Assembly: GCA_001275005.1 (NCBI GenBank)
Contig: JWZX01001576.1
Span: 1-36,285, forward strand
Length of the DNA stretch: 36,285 nt
Reading direction: 5' to 3'
From: Chrysochromulina tobinii
Taxonomy: Eukaryota
This document shows positions 31,237-36,285 of this stretch, piece by piece (position 1 is the first letter of the stretch; every line of letters begins with the position of its first letter). Below the pieces are notes generated by a model. The model was not told where the DNA came from. It made no database searches and was given only the letters and a program-made list of their open reading frames with translations. A program made the translations under genes and the position numbers.

Positions 31237-34124
31237 GGCGTCGCTGGATTCGTGAGGGTCGGGGGTACCAGTACCATGGTATGGGCAGCGAGAGGCGTCG
31301 CAGGATTCCTCGTGTGAACGTTCACACGACAGACGCGACAACCAGGTATGAAAACGACCGCTTTTCTTCACATTCCCGGATATGAACCTGAATGGACCCG
31401 GCGAGTATCCGTGAAAAACGGCGCGTCGCAGTCTACCGCGCGGCACACGATTCTAATTCGCGCTCACCGCTCCATAAGGTGGGGTGGCAGCCCCCCTGCA
31501 AACGCTGCCTGCCACTCCCCCAAAGTCCGCAGCCCGCAGCGTACTGCTTTGATCATTCCGCGGCGAGCTCGGCCTTTCGGGCGAGCTCCGCGGAGATCGT
31601 CGCGAGCTCATGAGCCGCACTCTTGACCTCCGCGGCGTGCTCGGCGTGCGTGGCGTCCCATGGCGGCTTCGCTGCCGCCGCCTCCATCGCCGCCACAACG
31701 TCTTCCAAACGCTCCCGTGTCGCTCCCACCGCGGCGCGCGCCGTCGCGTACCTAATTAGGGTGGCACGCATGGGCTCAATCAGCTGCACGCTCAAGTCAT
31801 CAGCTGCCATCACAAGGCACCGTCGCGCACCGATGCTGTGTGAGGATGGTCTGCACGCTGATGAGGGAGGCAATCATGGGCTCATCAGCTGTCATCAAAG
31901 GGCACCGTCGCGCACCGATGCTGTGTGAGGATGGTCTGCACGCAAATCTCGAGGAGGCGAGATGGCAGCTCTTCCGATGACGGAGACGCCGGTAGCGCCG
32001 TGTCGGGCGTGATAGGAGACATCGGTAGCGCCGTGTCGGGCGCGAGGGGAGACATTTGTGGCGCCGTGTCGGGCACGAGCGCTTGCGACGACGCTGCGAG
32101 CGCCCACGTTCTGGCGAGGTACTGTAGGTCGTCACTCGGCTTGCGCAGCAGCTGCCACTCAGGGCACGAGAGCTCGTCTGGAGGCACCGACGCGTTGAGC
32201 CTCTCGAACAAGCTCGGAGCACTCAACTGTGAGGGCGGCTCGAGCAGCGCGGAGAGTAGCTGCCGTCGGCGCTCGGTGCGCATGGACACTCCCGCCTCGT
32301 CCGCCCTATTCTGATCCAACAAGCCGTAGAGACGGCACACCGCCGCCCCATACTCACGCACCCCCGGCCGCTGCAGCAGCACATGGAGGAGCAGCAGCTC
32401 CGCCTGGTCACGTAGACCGGCGTGCTCCAGCCCCGTACCTGTGGGTGTGAACGCGCTGTGGTGAGCACATGCATGCAAGGCCGGTCATCAGGTGGCAATC
32501 AACGTCGAGCTCCAGCTGCGTACCGCGTGAACGGGAGCCGGACACATTCGACCCGATGGCCGCCGCCGCCGCCGCCGCCGCCGCCGTGGTGGTGGTGGTG
32601 GTGGTTGTGGTGGTGCCGGTGGCGGCGGCGGCGGCGGCGGCGAGTCGGGCGGCAGTGGCGTCGGCCGGTTCGTTCGCGACAGCACAGATAGCACACAGAG
32701 GCAAGGAATGGAGCTCTGCCAGCGAGGGGGGCCGTGGCCGAAGTCGCTCATGTGCACACGATGACGTGGCGATCCAATGGAGCGTATCCGGCACGGCGCT
32801 CCAAACATAAAGCTCATCAAGCCTCACCTCGAGCTCCGCTAATCTCGCCAGTGGAGGTCGTGCAGCCGAACGTGCAGGGGCTCGCGCCGCCGAGCGCGCC
32901 GTCGTGGGCGCTGACGACGGCGCCGGCGCCGGCGCCGGCGCCGATGACGACGAAGCTGACGAAGCGGGGGGCGAGAGAAGGTGTAGGCTTGCGTGGAGGT
33001 CGTCGCGCAGCTGGGCAGCGAGCGTGTCGTCGTCGGCCGCAAGCAGCCGAGCGAAGAGATGGATGTGGATCGATCGCTCGACCGCGGTACGCAAGTGGCT
33101 GAGCAAGGCCACCAACTCCTTCACGCACGCTTCGAGCTGGCCTGTGGACCGGCTCGCTTGATACGGCGCGAGCACCGATCGTCCCACCCACTCGACCCAG
33201 GAGGGCGCCGTGTCGAGCACCTGCATGCAACGAGGGAGGCCATCAGGTGGCACTCCAAGTGGCCATCATACGCGGGAGCGTGGGCGCCGTGTCGAGCACC
33301 TGCGTCTCGAAGGCGCGTCCGGCCGCCTGAGCGGCCGCTGCGGCGCCATCGGGGCCGACCGCAAACGCGGGCTGCGAGCGGATGGCGCCACGCGATGCCT
33401 GCACGTACTCGTCCGGATCCTTGTACGGTGTCGGCATCGTAGCGATGCGCACGTCGATCCCGCGAGCGTTGAGCCGAGCGAGCGCCCCACTCTCATAGAG
33501 CCGACGCGTCGCCTGCTGACCGGCCTCATCCGCATCGAGGGCGAGGACGAGCGTTCGGGACGGCGCGCCCGCGAGCAGCGGCGAGATTGCGAGCTCGAGT
33601 TGGAGATCGGTCAGAGCGGTGCCCAAGCACGCAACAGCATACCTGCGACAGAGAGCGCCCAAGCGCACCTGAAGCGCAATCAGCGGCCATCAGTGGCCAT
33701 CAGTGGCCATCAGTGGCCATCAGCGGCCATCAGCGGCCATCAGCGGCGGCCAGCGGCGGCGACCAGCGGCGACCAGCGGCGACCAGCGGCGACCAGCGGC
33801 GACCAGCGCAACTCCGCGCACCGTATCCCGACCGAATGCAGCGCGATGGCGTCCATGTACCCCTCGACGATCACCGCGCGCCCCGCCCGACGCATGGCTC
33901 CTTTGGCGAGGTGGTACGCGTACAACGTACCTGTGGGGAGGAGAGGCGCCGTAGTGAGCACTTGCATGCGCGAGGTGGTATGCGTACAACGTACCCCCTT
34001 TCGAGAAGACGGGCGAGTCGATCGAGTTGAGGTACCTAATAAGGCAGGTCATCCGGAGGGCTCAGCTCACAGAGGTCATCACAGAGGCCATCACAGAGGC
34101 AATCACAGAGGTCATCACAGTTAC
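29710..34124 (-). mobile_element. Set of nine related repeat-filled introns (candidate introner-like or duplication-born introns) at 29710-29780, 29913-30036, 30359-30556, 31752-31915, 32439-32523, 33221-33299, 33643-33821, 33931-33994, 34036-34124
   Basis: Shared 3' cassettes, 10-12-mer internal repeats and duplicated flanking exon sequence. The introns themselves are well supported; mobility is inferred. Confidence 0.5.
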
Positions 34125-34990
34125 TTTGGGTAGAGGGCCTCCCTGCCCGGTTCGGGCGGCTTGAGGGCGCGCCCGCCAAAGGCGATCACGCGCCCGTGCG
34201 CGTCGTGGATCGGAATCATCAGCCGCGCGCGGAAACGGTCGTAGCTCTCGCCGCCGGTGTCGATGATCAGCCCGGCCTGCACGCACGCGGTGCGCGACAC
34301 GTTTGGCTGGCTAGCGAGGTACTTGGTGAGCACCTTGCCGCCGGCCGCGAAGCCGAGGCCGAAGCGCTCGGCAAGCGCGTTGTCGATGCCGCGCGAGCGC
34401 ATCTGCTCCGCGCACAGCGCCGCGTCACTTCCGGGCAGCGCGCGCGCACGCCGCGCCTGCTGGTACGCCGCCGCGGCCGCCTCGTTCGCAGCGACGAGGG
34501 CCTGATGCTCGGCCGTGAGCGGCGGCGCTGCCGGCCAGCCACCGGCGCCGAGCTGCTGCGTGTCGATCGCGTCGGCGCCCTCCACGTCGTACCGGCGCGC
34601 AAGCTCGGCCAGCGCCTCTCCGGTCGCCATCCCTTCGTGATGCTCCAGAAAGGTGACGGCGTTGCCGCTCGCCTCGCAAGCAAAACAGTAGTACACGCCC
34701 TTTTCGTCGTTGATGGACATCGAAGGGGTGCGCTCCGTGCCATCGCCATGGAACGGGCAGCGCGCCATAATCTTGCCGCCCGAGGCCTGCACGTGCACGC
34801 CGCTGTCGGCGATCACCTCAGAAAGCTTCGCCGCGCGGTGCACGGCCTCTCGAAAGCTGCTCAGTCCGCGGCGACGGCCGGCGCCGCCATCGGCGCCCGT
34901 TGCAACCATGCGCAGCGCCTGCGACACAACGCGCGCAGGGAGCGCCCTCCGCAGCAGCGACGTCATGAGGAATAGCCAGACGCCGCGCAT
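31553..34990 (-). CDS. dnaG: Bacterial-type DNA primase DnaG, nuclear-encoded and organelle-targeted; exons 34990-34125, 34035-33995, 33930-33822, 33642-33300, 33220-32524, 32438-31916, 31751-31553; about 925 aa
   Basis: CHC2 zinc finger (CPFH...CFAC), DRFRARLMIPI...IAFGGR, PKYLNS, and TOPRIM motifs VEGYMD, LGTALT, LDADEAG, KDPDE. All six introns are GT-AG and phase-compatible. Exons 5-7 are less certain than exons 1-4. Confidence 0.9.
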
Positions 34991-35202
34991 CCGGCTGTGA
35001 TGACACTGTGGCGTCGTTTCGAGCGTTTAGGGCCAAAGCGACGCGGCAGCAGTCTCGTTCAACCACGTGGAGCCGTGCGTGGGGAAATAAGAGATAACGA
35101 TGTGCAGTTCGGTACCGGGACAAGTCAATGAAAGAGATCAATGCGACAGACTCTACACAGGTTGAGGCCCGCGCTCATAGTGCTCATGTCCGCGCTGGGC
35201 CG

Positions 35203-36105
35203 TCACGGCAGCTGCAGCCGGTACAGCCGCTCGCCCTGCAGGTGGAACTTGCGCTCGAAGAGCGTGAGAGCGTCGTCCTCGTGGCGCAGCGGCGGCAGCT
35301 CCGTCAACAGCCGCCCTCGGTGCCCATTCATAGCCACGCCACGGGCGCTCAGCCTCGACGCACACAGCCGTGCCGCCGCCGTGGCCGCGCTGTCCTGAGC
35401 GCCGCCCTCCTCCTCCTCCTTCGGCCAGCGACTGACGGCGAGCTGCACCGCGTCGTTCGCCGTGCCGGTCAGCGAGCGCGCCGCGCCCAGGAATTCGTTC
35501 AGGTAGACGTTCCAGTTGGAACGGATCTCTAGTGTTCCACCGAGGCCGCAGAGAACGGGCAGCGCCGGGTGTCCGTGCCATCGCAAGTTGAGCCTTGCGG
35601 CCTTCGGGTACGGGTTCGGGTAGAGGAGAAAGTGGTGTCGCACGCGTGCCGCGCTCAGGCCGCTCCTGCCCGCGCCCTCCACGTCGCGCTGTAAGAGTAG
35701 CCGCCAGAACGAAGAGCACTCGGCGCGCACGAGCAGCGCATTCGGAGGCAAGGGCTGAGCCGACGCCTCCAGACGAGCCTCCGATCGATCGAGGCCGATG
35801 ATGGCTGCGTCGGGGTGCGCCCGCGCGAGCATGCACGTCGAGCGACCCGTGCCGCAGCCTGAGTCGAGGATGACTGGCGGGCGGCCTTCCAAGCCTTGGA
35901 GCCACGCCTCCGCTCCTTTGAAGGCATCGATTGTCGGTGCATGCAGTGGGCTCGCCAGGTAGCGCGGCAGGTGCTCCAATGAGCGCAGCCCGTAGCGCTC
36001 CACATTCGGGTGGGCCACCTGCGGGTATACCGCAGCGAGGTTGCTGCACTGCATATCCTCGGTTTTCGTGTAAGGGAAAGTGCAACCGCACGGTGGTGTG
36101 AACAT
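35203..36105 (-). CDS. Class I SAM-dependent methyltransferase, TrmB-like (tRNA m7G46 family)
   Basis: ILDSGCGTG (motif I), IGLDRS, LLYPNPYPK...RWHGHP, LEIRSNW and TLFERKF. Start codon uncertain. Confidence 0.8.
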   Translation of the reverse strand: MFTPPCGCTFPYTKTEDMQCSNLAAVYPQVAHPNVERYGLRSLEHLPRYLASPLHAPTIDAFKGAEAWLQGLEGRPPVILDSGCGTGRSTCMLARAHPDAAIIGLDRSEARLEASAQPLPPNALLVRAECSSFWRLLLQRDVEGAGRSGLSAARVRHHFLLYPNPYPKAARLNLRWHGHPALPVLCGLGGTLEIRSNWNVYLNEFLGAARSLTGTANDAVQLAVSRWPKEEEEGGAQDSAATAAARLCASRLSARGVAMNGHRGRLLTELPPLRHEDDALTLFERKFHLQGERLYRLQLP

Positions 36106-36285
36106 GGGGGCACTTGCAGAGGCAAGTGCGAGTGACGAGGCCGCTTACTACGCAGGCCGTGCCGTGCTTCCGGAAAAGGAAACAATCCTATCCAAATGTT
36201 TAGAGTGCTACCGCCGGCTTCCCCACCCCCGTTTGTCGTTTCTCGTTTCGGTGGTGAGGTTCTCTTACTTTAGTCACTTTAGTTC

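Noticed and set aside
32716..32827. Extra primase intron from the strong-looking GAG|GTGAGG donor
   Set aside because: The nearest CAG acceptor gives a 112-nt intron that breaks phase with downstream exons, and the frame is open without it. An alternative in-frame intron is not excluded.
31553..36105. dnaG plus methyltransferase as bacterial contamination or an operon
   Set aside because: dnaG has spliceosomal introns and a targeting leader, and its composition matches the flanking eukaryotic genes.

Overview
GC-rich eukaryotic nuclear DNA with spliceosomal GT-AG introns. Gene content (a signal-peptide-bearing Cdc48, an organellar DnaG, a VCCN/BST bestrophin, an AP2-like repeat) and intron style suggest an alga with a red-derived complex plastid, most likely a haptophyte such as Chrysochromulina (inference). 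Genes in order: 5'-truncated SZT2-like protein (+), Pro/Cys-rich membrane protein (+), short VPS13/Chorein_N protein (+), SDP1/TGL-type patatin lipase (+, 2 introns), MBD-like/AP2-like ORF (+), decayed GARP/MYB-SHAQKYF gene (-), secreted Hint (Hog) domain protein (+), PDE12/CCR4-type phosphodiesterase (-), SELMA-type Cdc48 (+, 1 intron), bestrophin (-, 3 introns), bacterial-type DnaG primase (-, 6 introns) and a TrmB-like methyltransferase (-). The most striking signal is in the nine introns of the bestrophin and primase genes. All sit at AG|GT junctions, six begin with a 14-25 nt copy of the following exon, and they share a few conserved 3' cassettes, which looks like an ongoing intron-generating process. 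All family calls are by motif recognition, without database searches.
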